64,000 nt of DNA from an uncultured Gammaproteobacteria bacterium (lineage in GTDB: Bacteria; Patescibacteriota; Microgenomatia; UBA10105; UBA927), in assembly GCA_964356315.1 (NCBI GenBank), contig CAYHHA010000001.1:51299-115298 (forward strand). Direction: 5' to 3'. Every line of letters begins with the position of its first letter. Positions within the stretch are counted from its first letter, which is position 1. Shown piece after piece: positions 1 to 10,570 of the stretch. The translations under genes and the position numbers were made by a program. A model generated the notes under the pieces. It saw only the letters and a list, made by a program, of their open reading frames with translations, was not told the origin of the DNA and did not search any database.

Positions 1-2
1 AT

Positions 3-575
3 AATACCAACTTCCAACAGTTCTTTTTAGGTTTTGGTCTTATTCACTATAGCTATGTTAGAAACATTAAACCCGCTCATATATTATGCGTCGGTTCACG
101 CATGGGGTATATACCAGCGATTCTTGCGCTGGCATGCAAAGATAACGGAACAGGCCATGTGGATTTTGTTGACGCCGGATATGATCGTGACAATATAAAA
201 AATAACTGGAGTGGCACTGGGTTTTGGAAAAAAAACGACCCTAACAAACATTTTTCGAAATTACGAATTTCTAATTACATTACCACCCATGTGATGACAA
301 CACAGGAATATGCCGATACATATCCTAAACGCACCTATGAGTATATTTATATAGATGGTGATCATTCTTACAAAGGAGTCTCACTGGACTATTCCTTGTT
401 TTGGCCAATGCTGTCTAACAAAGGGTTTATGGTATTTCACGACGTGCATGTTAAATGGACAAAAAATCTTGGGAGATTTGGAGTATGGAGGCTTTGGAGA
501 GAGTTAAAAAATAAAAATAAAATAATTTTTCCTTTCCCTGAAGATTCAGGGCTTGGCATTTTGCAAAAAATATAA
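3..575 (+). CDS. Class I SAM-dependent methyltransferase (Methyltransf_24-like), 5'-truncated by window edge
   Basis: Frame is open from position 3; motifs ILCVGSRMGY, YIYIDGDHSY and VFHDV are typical of this family. Confidence 0.8.
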   Translation, partial: NTNFQQFFLGFGLIHYSYVRNIKPAHILCVGSRMGYIPAILALACKDNGTGHVDFVDAGYDRDNIKNNWSGTGFWKKNDPNKHFSKLRISNYITTHVMTTQEYADTYPKRTYEYIYIDGDHSYKGVSLDYSLFWPMLSNKGFMVFHDVHVKWTKNLGRFGVWRLWRELKNKNKIIFPFPEDSGLGILQKI

Positions 576-598
576 CACCTATCTTAACCCAATATTCT

Positions 599-1768
599 TC
601 ATATGAGAACTGGCTCTCGGCTATCCACATGTTTGACAATTGATTCAAATTTTCTATCCCAACTCTGTTTTTTGGCATAGATTTTCATTTCCATTCTTTG
701 CCTCTTAGATAGAGAGGTGTTGAGTAGGCGTCGAATGCTCAGATTCCAATCCAAAGAGGTATCACAAAGGGAAATATATTTTGATAGAAATCTAAATTCT
801 TCAATAGGAGTTGAAATAATAGGCTTCCCAAAATACATATATTCCATTACCTTCATTGGGTAACTTAAACGATTAAATTCTAAAGAAATATCATATGGAA
901 TCATGCAGATAGTAAATTTTGAGATATACGACGGGAGACAAGATCTAGACACGTACGGTATATACTGGACATTTGGCAAAGCTAATACGGCAGAGATTTT
1001 AGGCAGTACTTCGTTTTGAAATATCGCAGTGGCCTCTCTCTGTTGAATTTGACCAACAAAGACAAATCTGACCTGCGAGTTACTTTTTATGACAGTAGTT
1101 AATAACTCGAAATCTAATCTTGAGTTAATTCCTCCTATATATCCAATTATTTTTTTAGACCTTTTGGGGATAGCGGGTTGCACGCTTCGACACACAGAAA
1201 AGGCCTTCACATCAAACCCTAGAGGCACGATGGTCACATCGTTTCGAATATTTTTATATATGCAGTACAGTGAATGAGAATTAACGACTATTGTGTTGCA
1301 CCTTTTCAGCAAGGCACCTTCTCTATTGCTTGTTTCCTTATCCCTGTGATGGTCTACACAATCATAAACAAGATGAAATGCTGAATCAAATGATAGCGCA
1401 GTGACAGTTTGCTCTGGATTGAATATCCATACATACTTTCCGGATACTTTTTTCATCATAGATTGAAATATGCTGAGGAAAATGCGAAGTAGAAATATAT
1501 TTAGTAAAATATTTATCTTTCGGACGAATCGAAATCTAATAAACGGGATAAATGCAAAAGGGGTAATTACGACATGGCGACTGCTTATCCTTTGAATGAA
1601 ACGATAAGACTGGCCAAGAAAAATAAGCTCTTTTAGCGAGCGCGTATCTTTCAGGAGGACATCTATAACATAATTATTTTTTTTAAAATAGTTACTCGTT
1701 TGAGTACAGTAATCAGAGGTATGCTCAATAGGGTGATCATACAGTATAATGACGAGTGCGTCTTTCAT
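599..1768 (-). CDS. Glycosyltransferase family 4 (TuaH-like)
   Basis: LVYDCVDHH, IGYIGGI..RLDFELL and PMKVMEYMYFGKPIIST motifs. Confidence 0.85.
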   Translation of the reverse strand: MKDALVIILYDHPIEHTSDYCTQTSNYFKKNNYVIDVLLKDTRSLKELIFLGQSYRFIQRISSRHVVITPFAFIPFIRFRFVRKINILLNIFLLRIFLSIFQSMMKKVSGKYVWIFNPEQTVTALSFDSAFHLVYDCVDHHRDKETSNREGALLKRCNTIVVNSHSLYCIYKNIRNDVTIVPLGFDVKAFSVCRSVQPAIPKRSKKIIGYIGGINSRLDFELLTTVIKSNSQVRFVFVGQIQQREATAIFQNEVLPKISAVLALPNVQYIPYVSRSCLPSYISKFTICMIPYDISLEFNRLSYPMKVMEYMYFGKPIISTPIEEFRFLSKYISLCDTSLDWNLSIRRLLNTSLSKRQRMEMKIYAKKQSWDRKFESIVKHVDSREPVLI

Positions 1769-1771
1769 TTT

Positions 1772-3235
1772 ATGAATCGATTATATACATTTAGCAGGGA
1801 AATAGGTACCGCTATATCAGCGTGGACTATAGGGAAAAAACTATTTTTTTGGTCACTCTTGTATCTTTGTGCGATATTATACATCCCCAACAACAAGGCG
1901 CTCCTGCTGTCTGCGATCGCATTTCTATTCGGACTGATATATATATTTAAAAATATAAAATCTGCGCTATTGTACTCTGCGATTTTTCTTCTACCACTAC
2001 AGAGCGGTAAAGGTATAAACTTTGTTGTAATTACTCCTGAGCATGGATTCGAAAAACTTCCGTTTGTTATGACGGTCAACATGACTTTGACAGGATTCCT
2101 GGCCATGACGCTAATGTATCTATCAATTCGAGATTATATATATAATTTTCGTTATGTCGTTATTTCTAAATATGCACTTCATATCAACGACGTATGTATG
2201 GCAGTATTTTTTTTAGCGAACATCGTATCTAGCATTATTTCTCCAATTCCTTCTTTATCGTTTTTGTTGACATTACAGTTCACACAATACCTATATATTT
2301 ATTACTACATAAAGCAAAACCGACTACAAGAGTGGGTGGCTCATATCATGCTACCGATGTTATCCTCATTGGCATTATTTGAGGGATTCGTTAGCGTGCT
2401 TCAGGTCTTAAACAAAGGTCCTTTAGGGAAATTGTTTGAGAATTCTAGTGACCCATCACTATCAGGAGGTTTTATACATAGAACTGTGGAAGATACGTCA
2501 ATTGTCCGCATACAGGGGACATTTACCCATCCAAATTCTTTAGGATTTTTTATAGCACTCATAGCTCCAGTTCTTTTTTACTACTCTGTATCAAAAAATA
2601 TTTCAAAATTCGAGAGAATTATTTCATCTGTTGCATTCGTGGCATCCATAACTGCGTTGGTTTTAACGGCGAGCAGGCTTTCTTGGCTCGTTACGTTTGT
2701 AGAAATTCTCTATATTTTTTTCAAGCTAAAGGAAAAAACAGCACTTCCAATGCTGTATAAAGGGTTTGGAATTATACTCCTATTGGTAATGCCTTTTGTC
2801 GTCATACCGAGGCTATCACAATTAGTTATCACTCTTGGGTCGAAAGGTGGAGTATTTTTTAGATGGAATTTACTCTTAATCAGCCAACAGATTGCATCAG
2901 AAAATCCTTTTGGCATAGGCCTCGGCACATTTCCATTAATACAACTTGAAAGAATAGGAGAATTTACATCTTCGCCAACCCAACCTCATAATATTCTTGC
3001 CCAAATTCTAGTATCCTCCGGGTATATAGGATTATTTTCGTTTTTATTATTTTTCTACTTCAAAAGAAACGTCTTTATTCAGTATATGAGGTTAGTAAAA
3101 GAACAAATATTTACGCAACGCTCTATCTTTTTTATCCCCTTTGTGGCATTTGTGATCATCTCTCAATTTTACCCGATTCTTACAGAACAACAGATAATAG
3201 GATGGCTTTGGATCTTTTTATCTATCATTGCCTAA
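1772..3235 (+). CDS. O-antigen ligase/polymerase (Wzy_C) family membrane protein
   Basis: Multiple TM helices; RIQGTFTHPNSLG, LTASRLSW, PFGIGLGTF and PHN motifs; start moved to MNRLY to avoid overlap with the divergent gene. Confidence 0.8.
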   Translation: MNRLYTFSREIGTAISAWTIGKKLFFWSLLYLCAILYIPNNKALLLSAIAFLFGLIYIFKNIKSALLYSAIFLLPLQSGKGINFVVITPEHGFEKLPFVMTVNMTLTGFLAMTLMYLSIRDYIYNFRYVVISKYALHINDVCMAVFFLANIVSSIISPIPSLSFLLTLQFTQYLYIYYYIKQNRLQEWVAHIMLPMLSSLALFEGFVSVLQVLNKGPLGKLFENSSDPSLSGGFIHRTVEDTSIVRIQGTFTHPNSLGFFIALIAPVLFYYSVSKNISKFERIISSVAFVASITALVLTASRLSWLVTFVEILYIFFKLKEKTALPMLYKGFGIILLLVMPFVVIPRLSQLVITLGSKGGVFFRWNLLLISQQIASENPFGIGLGTFPLIQLERIGEFTSSPTQPHNILAQILVSSGYIGLFSFLLFFYFKRNVFIQYMRLVKEQIFTQRSIFFIPFVAFVIISQFYPILTEQQIIGWLWIFLSIIA

Positions 3236-3261
3236 AACCTAATTTCGAGTATAATTACATC

Positions 3262-4113
3262 GTGCCTATACTCATTGCGAAAATATATATTTTCATAAAG
3301 AAACTGAGACCTCTTGATTGGTTTTTTACCATACTATCGGTGGGCATAATAGGCTTTTTAATCGTAACTTCATTGAACCAAGACCGATGGATTGCTGTAG
3401 AATTTGTAATATTAAACTCTACGAATTACCTCCCCAACGATAGAGGAGAAGGCGTGCCTGCATGGGTAGTAGAAAATCTAAAACCAGGAGATGTCCAATA
3501 TGATGATTTTGGTAAAAAAAACCTCGAAATACTTCGCGTAAAAAAATGGGGCTATCAGAATAAAGAAACCTGGGTGACAGCCTCAGTAAGAGCGAAATAT
3601 AAGAGCAAACAGAATAAATATACGTTTATGTATCAACCTTTAGAGGTGGGCAGATCAATAAATATTACGGTAAATGGATCAAACATTAACGGAATTGTCT
3701 CTACTATCCATGGATTTTCCGACAAAAGAACGACTTATGACATCACGGTAAAAGCCAGGCTTATAGAATTGTATACTAGCTATTCAGTAAGCACGATGGG
3801 AATAGACCCATGGGTCGCGCAAGCAGTTAAGAAGGATGAAAAATTTGAAGATCCCGCAGGGAAAGTTCTAGCAAAAATTATTGATGTAGAAACGAGACCT
3901 GCAGAGAGAGTGGTGACGACCAGTGATGGAAAAACCTTTATCACCGATGACCCTATAAAAAAGGATGTTTTTATCACAGTTCAACTAAATGTCATCAAGC
4001 GGGGGGGCACGTATATGTTTCTTGAAAACAAACCCGTACTCATTGGAAAGCCAATTCCTCTTTTTTTCGATAATTTATATATAGAGCCGGTAATTACAGA
4101 TATTTTATATTAA
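3262..4113 (+). CDS. Membrane-anchored hypothetical protein with two internally repeated beta domains (DUF4330-like)
   Basis: N-terminal TM; duplicated GxxxWVxxxxKxxD/E segment; likely GTG start 6 nt after TATAAT (3250-3255). Confidence 0.55.
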   Translation: MPILIAKIYIFIKKLRPLDWFFTILSVGIIGFLIVTSLNQDRWIAVEFVILNSTNYLPNDRGEGVPAWVVENLKPGDVQYDDFGKKNLEILRVKKWGYQNKETWVTASVRAKYKSKQNKYTFMYQPLEVGRSINITVNGSNINGIVSTIHGFSDKRTTYDITVKARLIELYTSYSVSTMGIDPWVAQAVKKDEKFEDPAGKVLAKIIDVETRPAERVVTTSDGKTFITDDPIKKDVFITVQLNVIKRGGTYMFLENKPVLIGKPIPLFFDNLYIEPVITDILY

Positions 4114-4140
4114 TTATCGGATTATTTATATTTTGCGTAT

Positions 4141-7100
4141 ATGTTTCGATCTCATTCTAGCCTCAGGAATATAAAAATTTTAACGATCGTAGTTTTTTGT
4201 TCTGTTTTATTAGCATTTTTTTTAGTAAATACTCAATCGCATTTTTTTGATAATCTTGGCGGATGGCAATTCTCTTTGAGAGAGCCAAGTGTAGAGCAGA
4301 TGGCGAATTCTGGGGTTCGACCAGTATTTTCTGTTCATGAATCTTTTTTATATTTTAATGGCCTAGACGGAAAGACCTACTCTATAAACCCAAAAATAGG
4401 CAGATTGAATTGGATAAATGAAGAGCTAAATTTAATATTTTCAAGCCAAAATAATCTAGTTTTTAGCACAAATAACGACACAAACATATATGCTCTTAAC
4501 ACCAGAACGGGTGAGGAGATTTGGAGATACACAACGCCAGACAGAGTAAAAATCGATACGATTCCTGTTTTGACAGGTAGGGACATATTATTTGGGGGGA
4601 GAGATGGCGTGCTATATGCCATAAGCAAAGAGGATGGAAAATTTCGCTGGTCTTTCAAAACAAAATCTATAGATAAATCCTATCACAAGGGAGGGGAAAC
4701 CATTTTACATTTTGGAAAATTTACAACAGATAAAACGACGCTATATTTAAACAGCGCAACTGAAAATAAACTATTTGCAATAAATTTAGAATCAGGGAAA
4801 AAACTATGGCAGAGAGATCTAGAAAATTATTACTTTACTGAACCAACACTTTTTGACTCAAGCGTATCTTTCTGGGATTCTCCCAATAGCTATAAAATTG
4901 TAAATAAGACATCAGGCGAATTATTGATCGATATTAAGACTGAAAAAAAATCACTCTATGAAGGAAAATCTTGTATATACATAATTGCGATAGATAATAG
5001 CATCGAATGCACTGATCCCAATCTGGGGAAACCTTTATGGAAATTATCCGAACCATATGACCGGGCGACAAACATCCAGGAGACAAGCGAACATCGTACG
5101 CATATTACCTATCCAAACGTCAGCTCTACCATCGTGGAAACTGTAGACAACCGAAATGGAAAAGTGGCATGGTCGTACTCGTTTTCAAATTTTGAAACAT
5201 TCAAATTTCGCTCCACAAACTCGAATGTTATTCTGATTGGACAGAAAATTCAATGCGCATTTTCAATGCTAGGGGAATTACAATGGTGCACAAATAAAAC
5301 GCTAGATTTAATCGATTCACTCATATCGACAGATGGTGTCTATATACTTTCAAAAAAAGAAGACAATATTGTAATTGATTACATCGACATAAATAGTGGG
5401 AAAACCAAGTGGGTGTTTAGATCTAAAGATATAAATCCGGATACTTTTTACCTATTCCGGAACGATCTCTACTTTTTAGGCAAGAATGGTTTCAGCGTTG
5501 CGAAGCTAAACTCGGATTTTAGAAATATTGCATTATCAGGGTCAAATCTCAAAAAAATTGGTGGCATAGATATACCACTGTCTAATTGGGTTAAATTTCT
5601 AAAACGATTAGGGAAATTTGAAAAAGAGGTAATAACCATAGATGATCCTCAAAAATTTGTGCAAAAATTCGAGACATTTGAATTGACAATTCACTCTAAC
5701 ATACCAACGTTAGAAAAATTACAATCAAATAGAATACACGTTATCAAAATGACTTCTCCCAGTGGAGCAGAGTATACCCTTAAAGGATTCTACTATGACC
5801 TAAAAACATGGAAATTCCGCTTTACACCTGGAACGATAGGGCTATGGAAATGGTCATTAGAAACGAAAGCGAAAATAAAAGATGGCAACAAGGAAGGAGC
5901 ATTTATCGTAGGAGAGTCAGATAGTAAAGGATTCATATCACTATCCAAAATAAACCCAAAGTATCTAGCGCAGTCGAATGGAAATATTTTTTTACCGATA
6001 GGAATTCAAAATTGTGTAAACGACCTACATCAAGATGGAAACCCTCTAAACTCCTGGCCCCTCGACGATGAAGCGATAGGATCCAAGGTCGCAACGGGAT
6101 ATAAAACAACAACCATGGAAGATTATGTTACCACGTACGCGGAAAGCGGATTTAACACATATAGATGGGGAGCAGGAAACTGCAGCTTCATGCTATGGAA
6201 CTTTGACCGCACGAGGCTAGGCCCCCTTGTGAACGAAGGGATCTTATTGGATACCATTTTTGCAACATTAAAAAAAAATCGCTTTCATGTTTGGATGAGT
6301 CTGCTTAGCTTTGAATTGCCATACGAAGCCACTCTTCCGTTCGCTGATCAAAAGGCTATTTTAGAAAAATATTTAGATTATATCGTCTCACGATATGCGT
6401 CATATGTTGACGTTTGGGAGCTCGCGAATGAAATCAAGCTGAGCGATCCTATTATTCAATTTATGGCAAGCCATATCAGATCAATAGATCCATACAAGCA
6501 CCCAATTACTACAAGCTGGGAGAGAACTGATCTACAAGACATAGAAATTATTTCATATCACTGGTATAGCGGGGAGTGCAATAAATACTGCGATCAAGAT
6601 CTTATCAGAGAGGTAAATAAGTTCGAAAAATTTAACAAGCCGACGGTATTCACAGAGCAGGGGAATAATTATGCAAATTGGGATGATGCATCTCCTGATC
6701 GTTTTAGAATACGACTTTGGTTAAGCTTTTTCAAACAAATATCGTTTATCTCATGGAACATGCCGAACGTCTATTTTGAAAATGACACCGGCCCTTCCAA
6801 TTTATACATTGGCCCCGTAGAGCGATCGTATGCATTAATATTTTCTAAATTTGTAAAAGATGTCAGTGATAATAACGACATTCAGAAAATTCCTATTACC
6901 TCAACAGAAAAACAACAAAGAACATTTGCTGTATCATCCGGTAACAATATATACGGATATGTGTACTCAACAATTTTCAATGTCGAAAAATCTCTTGCCA
7001 AGATCTCTCTGGTAATGGACAATGACGGCACCATACAGTGGGTAAACCCATCGAGCGGTGAGGTGTTAAAACAACAATATGTTTCAAAAGGTCAAACTGA

Positions 7101-7164
7101 TATTATTGGACCAATGTTTACCACAGACATCGCTTTTAAATTTTCCAAGCAATCTGGAATTTGA
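4141..7164 (+). CDS. Secreted PQQ-like beta-propeller fused to an Ig-like domain and a clan GH-A glycoside hydrolase domain
   Basis: Signal anchor; repeated A(L/I)xxxxGxxxW propeller motifs; WKFRFTPGTIGLWKW (DUF5060-like); VWELANE acid/base and VFTEQG nucleophile motifs. Confidence 0.7.
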   Translation: MFRSHSSLRNIKILTIVVFCSVLLAFFLVNTQSHFFDNLGGWQFSLREPSVEQMANSGVRPVFSVHESFLYFNGLDGKTYSINPKIGRLNWINEELNLIFSSQNNLVFSTNNDTNIYALNTRTGEEIWRYTTPDRVKIDTIPVLTGRDILFGGRDGVLYAISKEDGKFRWSFKTKSIDKSYHKGGETILHFGKFTTDKTTLYLNSATENKLFAINLESGKKLWQRDLENYYFTEPTLFDSSVSFWDSPNSYKIVNKTSGELLIDIKTEKKSLYEGKSCIYIIAIDNSIECTDPNLGKPLWKLSEPYDRATNIQETSEHRTHITYPNVSSTIVETVDNRNGKVAWSYSFSNFETFKFRSTNSNVILIGQKIQCAFSMLGELQWCTNKTLDLIDSLISTDGVYILSKKEDNIVIDYIDINSGKTKWVFRSKDINPDTFYLFRNDLYFLGKNGFSVAKLNSDFRNIALSGSNLKKIGGIDIPLSNWVKFLKRLGKFEKEVITIDDPQKFVQKFETFELTIHSNIPTLEKLQSNRIHVIKMTSPSGAEYTLKGFYYDLKTWKFRFTPGTIGLWKWSLETKAKIKDGNKEGAFIVGESDSKGFISLSKINPKYLAQSNGNIFLPIGIQNCVNDLHQDGNPLNSWPLDDEAIGSKVATGYKTTTMEDYVTTYAESGFNTYRWGAGNCSFMLWNFDRTRLGPLVNEGILLDTIFATLKKNRFHVWMSLLSFELPYEATLPFADQKAILEKYLDYIVSRYASYVDVWELANEIKLSDPIIQFMASHIRSIDPYKHPITTSWERTDLQDIEIISYHWYSGECNKYCDQDLIREVNKFEKFNKPTVFTEQGNNYANWDDASPDRFRIRLWLSFFKQISFISWNMPNVYFENDTGPSNLYIGPVERSYALIFSKFVKDVSDNNDIQKIPITSTEKQQRTFAVSSGNNIYGYVYSTIFNVEKSLAKISLVMDNDGTIQWVNPSSGEVLKQQYVSKGQTDIIGPMFTTDIAFKFSKQSGI

Positions 7165-7199
7165 AATACCACAAGGCCACAGCATTCACCTGTTTAATA

Positions 7200-7925
7200 T
7201 TACTGGAGACTATGCATTGTTAAACGATAGGATACTATTTTTATGAAAATATATCCAATTAAATATAGTCCTTTGCAAAGACTTATGGATGAATGCCCGT
7301 ATTTTCGAATGCCCATGGGAATAGAAATCTCAGCAATAGAAAACTTTTTTTTCTGCAAATTCAAAATAATTTCTGGCTCTGGGAATATCTTCGGATAATT
7401 CATACATAGGTATTCCAGACCAACTCTATTGATCGCCCGAAATCCCGAAGTAGAATCAAAGATTTTGATACCGAGAAATTTTCTGAATATCATTGATATG
7501 ATTTGGGTAGCGAATGCTCGGATCTTTTGCGTACTCTGTGGAGTATCCAGATAATATCGACTGGCAATCACATAGTCAACGTTATCATGGAGACGGGATA
7601 ATAATTTTGGTATATACACGGGATCATGTTGCCCGTCAGCATCCATAATGACCACCGCATCAGCATGTTTTTGTAAAGAATACTGGAGGCCCTTTTTCAC
7701 CGCACTCCCTGTACCCTCGTTATGCGAAGACTGTATGATCACAGCCCCAGAACGCCTCGCTAAGACTGCTGTATCATCCTGAGAGCCATCATCTACAACA
7801 ACACACGTATCTATCCGACGGAGAGAGAGCGCGGACTTTACGATAGCTCCTATCGAAGGCGCCTCATTGTAAGCCGGTATAACAACAAATACTTTTTTAC
7901 ATGTGCTAGATTTTGTATTATTCAT
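7200..7925 (-). CDS. Glycosyltransferase family 2 (DPM1-like)
   Basis: VIPAYNEA, VVDDGSQD, MDADGQHDP and DSTSGFRA motifs. Confidence 0.9.
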   Translation of the reverse strand: MNNTKSSTCKKVFVVIPAYNEAPSIGAIVKSALSLRRIDTCVVVDDGSQDDTAVLARRSGAVIIQSSHNEGTGSAVKKGLQYSLQKHADAVVIMDADGQHDPVYIPKLLSRLHDNVDYVIASRYYLDTPQSTQKIRAFATQIISMIFRKFLGIKIFDSTSGFRAINRVGLEYLCMNYPKIFPEPEIILNLQKKKFSIAEISIPMGIRKYGHSSISLCKGLYLIGYIFIKIVSYRLTMHSLQ

Positions 7926-9411
7926 GAAACGTAATTGCGCACGATTCGCGACTTGAATTATGGGCGAATTTATATATATCTGCGTGTCTCTTGTCCAGGC
8001 GAATACTCTTTACGAGAATCAAATTTGACATTAAATCTTTAGATTTTTGCAAAGCCTGGAAATAACCTAACCCATTAAGATGATCAAAATATCCGCCCTG
8101 CCCATCAGTCTGGTTATCGAATACCACATAGATATCTGTCCCCTGGGAACAGAAGTCTTGTGACCAAGTTGATAGTTTGGTGGTATCGATGACACGCACC
8201 AGGGGATTTTTAATATAGTATTGATATACATAATATTCAAATGAATAAACCACGATTTTTCTATGTATGTTTGCATTAAGCCATTCGGAAGCAAATCGTC
8301 TTTCCGCCCTGTCCCATCTCTGGTCATTTGTGAACATAGGACCATTTATCAATGAAAAAAATAGTATCAATGAACTTAAAACGGTCATCACAACTGCAAT
8401 GCAGACTTTCTGATATATAGATCGCTTATTTCGCAAGAGAGCAATCGGCCAGCAAAGCAAAATATATACAAAAGGAAGCAGTGGATAGCTATATCGAATA
8501 ACAGGGTCAGGGAAAATGAAGTGGATTACTGTATACCCCACAACAAACCCGCACATTAGTAGCGTGCTCATTTGATCTCGTCGATAAAAATATATTGCGC
8601 CAAATAGTAGCCATGTTAGGACTAACATAAGAACGATTGATTCATATGGGAACGAATCAAACTGCTTAGTAAAAAGCAACAAGTTATAAGAAAATGGCGC
8701 TCGAATGAATGAATTTTTCAGGAAAGCCATATTTGGAATTTCTGCAGAGCGATTCACCATTTCTTCAACATAGTTATCGCGAGGGACAACTGGTCGGATG
8801 TACCAAATAACAACCACGGCAAACAGAGCGATAATAATCTTGGGACAACGAAATTTTCTAAAATAAAAAATATCCAGAATAAAAAAAAGCGGGAAAAGAA
8901 CTATTGCCTCAATGCGTGTTAGCATTGCGAGAATTACCAAAAGGTACGCCGTGGATGGGGCTATGGGATACTGATACATTGCAACAAAGACAAACAGCAA
9001 TGCCAAGGGAATGTTTGATGGTTGCAACACCACAGAAAGTGTGACGTGGTTGATGGCAAAAAAAACGACTGGGAGAAGCGCGTAGGCACCTAACCATCGG
9101 CGGGACAATATCCAGGCAAAATATAGCGTTAGTATGAGAAAAATGATATTTATCGATATCCCTCCGAAAACACCAGGTGATGACATTGGCAACACAATCT
9201 CCAACATATAAACAATAACAGAGTAAAGAGGGGCGCTTGTTATAACGGGGTCTATAGGATTCGCCAACATTCGTTGACCTACATTTAAATAGTTTAGGAA
9301 ATCAGAATTTGGAACGATATAGGTATTCATTTGAGTACTTATCCATATAAATACTCCAATGAGAAATATTGATAAGAAAATATTTGTGCGATTAAAAGAA
9401 TACTTTTTCAT
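7918..9411 (-). CDS. Polytopic membrane protein, probable GT-C fold glycosyltransferase
   Basis: About 11 hydrophobic segments, N-terminal SD..Y loop, PLY, LTRIE and RYSYPLLP motifs; glycan locus context. Confidence 0.6.
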   Translation of the reverse strand: MKKYSFNRTNIFLSIFLIGVFIWISTQMNTYIVPNSDFLNYLNVGQRMLANPIDPVITSAPLYSVIVYMLEIVLPMSSPGVFGGISINIIFLILTLYFAWILSRRWLGAYALLPVVFFAINHVTLSVVLQPSNIPLALLFVFVAMYQYPIAPSTAYLLVILAMLTRIEAIVLFPLFFILDIFYFRKFRCPKIIIALFAVVVIWYIRPVVPRDNYVEEMVNRSAEIPNMAFLKNSFIRAPFSYNLLLFTKQFDSFPYESIVLMLVLTWLLFGAIYFYRRDQMSTLLMCGFVVGYTVIHFIFPDPVIRYSYPLLPFVYILLCWPIALLRNKRSIYQKVCIAVVMTVLSSLILFFSLINGPMFTNDQRWDRAERRFASEWLNANIHRKIVVYSFEYYVYQYYIKNPLVRVIDTTKLSTWSQDFCSQGTDIYVVFDNQTDGQGGYFDHLNGLGYFQALQKSKDLMSNLILVKSIRLDKRHADIYKFAHNSSRESCAITFHE

Positions 9412-9475
9412 GCGTTATACGTCAGATGAGTATAAAAATTATACTCCTATTTGGCAGTATTTTTGCCGAAAGAAT

Positions 9476-10570
9476 TTATGATAGTATCGTGTGTATAAAC
9501 TCCCTTTGGGATCGGTGAGAAAATTTACTGCCTACAAATTCTTGAGCTTGTTTTCCCATGTGCTCTCGCAGCTTTCTATCTTTTAATAGCTTACGGGTAA
9601 AAAAGACTAACTCTTTGTAGGTATCTGATATGTATCCCGTTTTTCCATGCCTAATGACCTCATGCGAACCGTTAAACCCTAACACAACAGAGGGGACTTG
9701 CAACATCGCTGCCTCCAATACTACATTTGGCATCCCTTCGCTCAAAGAGGGGAGTAGTAGTAATTTAGATCGTCTCATAAAAGTCGGCGCATTAGGGGTA
9801 AAACGCATAATTTGCATATTTTTTTGTATCCCTAGGTGTATAATTCGTTTTTGTAATTCGATTAGAAGATCTCCTGATCCAATCAGAACACCTCGCAAAC
9901 TTGGAATAGTGAGAGAGATTTCTTTTATCAAATCGCAAATAATTAATACGTTTTTTTCTTTATCAAATCTTCCAATGTATGCGATATCGTATAGCGGGCG
10001 TGGTCGATATGTACTCCTTTTTATTAATGTCCAATTTGAAATGACTTCAATATGATCCGCCCGTATGGAGAATGAGGAAATCAAGTCCTCTTTACCTGCG
10101 AGGGTAGGGACGATAATAACATCGGCATGATTGTAGGTCATAGAGACAAGCCCATGAACCCACTCTAATCTATTTGTCACCAGATACTCGCTTAAAATCA
10201 CGCCTTCGTTAATTATGAGTTTCGTTTTGGTCCAAAATGCAAGTTTTTTTATCGTACACATCGCTACCCCTAGCAACGGGAGAAAGGTCAGGCATGAATT
10301 TGGCCGAATTTGTATATATCGCCAAAAAATCCAGAAAAAAAATCCGGCAATCGGTCGAACACGCATGTTGTTATACGGGTATGTCTCGATTATTAATCGG
10401 TCTGTGCTTGGAAATTGCTCTTGGAAACTTTCATCAAGAGCCCTTCGCGTGAGAATAATCACATTCCAGCCTTTTCGTTGAGATACTATTGTGATAACTA
10501 AATCACGAATTCGTTTTTGAATACCTCCGATCCCGAGGTTCCAATATATTATGACGAGAGTTTTATTCAT
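9476..10570 (-). CDS. Glycosyltransferase family 4
   Basis: LGIGG, IGRFDKEKN and EGMPNVVLEA motifs. Confidence 0.9.
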   Translation of the reverse strand: MNKTLVIIYWNLGIGGIQKRIRDLVITIVSQRKGWNVIILTRRALDESFQEQFPSTDRLIIETYPYNNMRVRPIAGFFFWIFWRYIQIRPNSCLTFLPLLGVAMCTIKKLAFWTKTKLIINEGVILSEYLVTNRLEWVHGLVSMTYNHADVIIVPTLAGKEDLISSFSIRADHIEVISNWTLIKRSTYRPRPLYDIAYIGRFDKEKNVLIICDLIKEISLTIPSLRGVLIGSGDLLIELQKRIIHLGIQKNMQIMRFTPNAPTFMRRSKLLLLPSLSEGMPNVVLEAAMLQVPSVVLGFNGSHEVIRHGKTGYISDTYKELVFFTRKLLKDRKLREHMGKQAQEFVGSKFSHRSQREFIHTILS

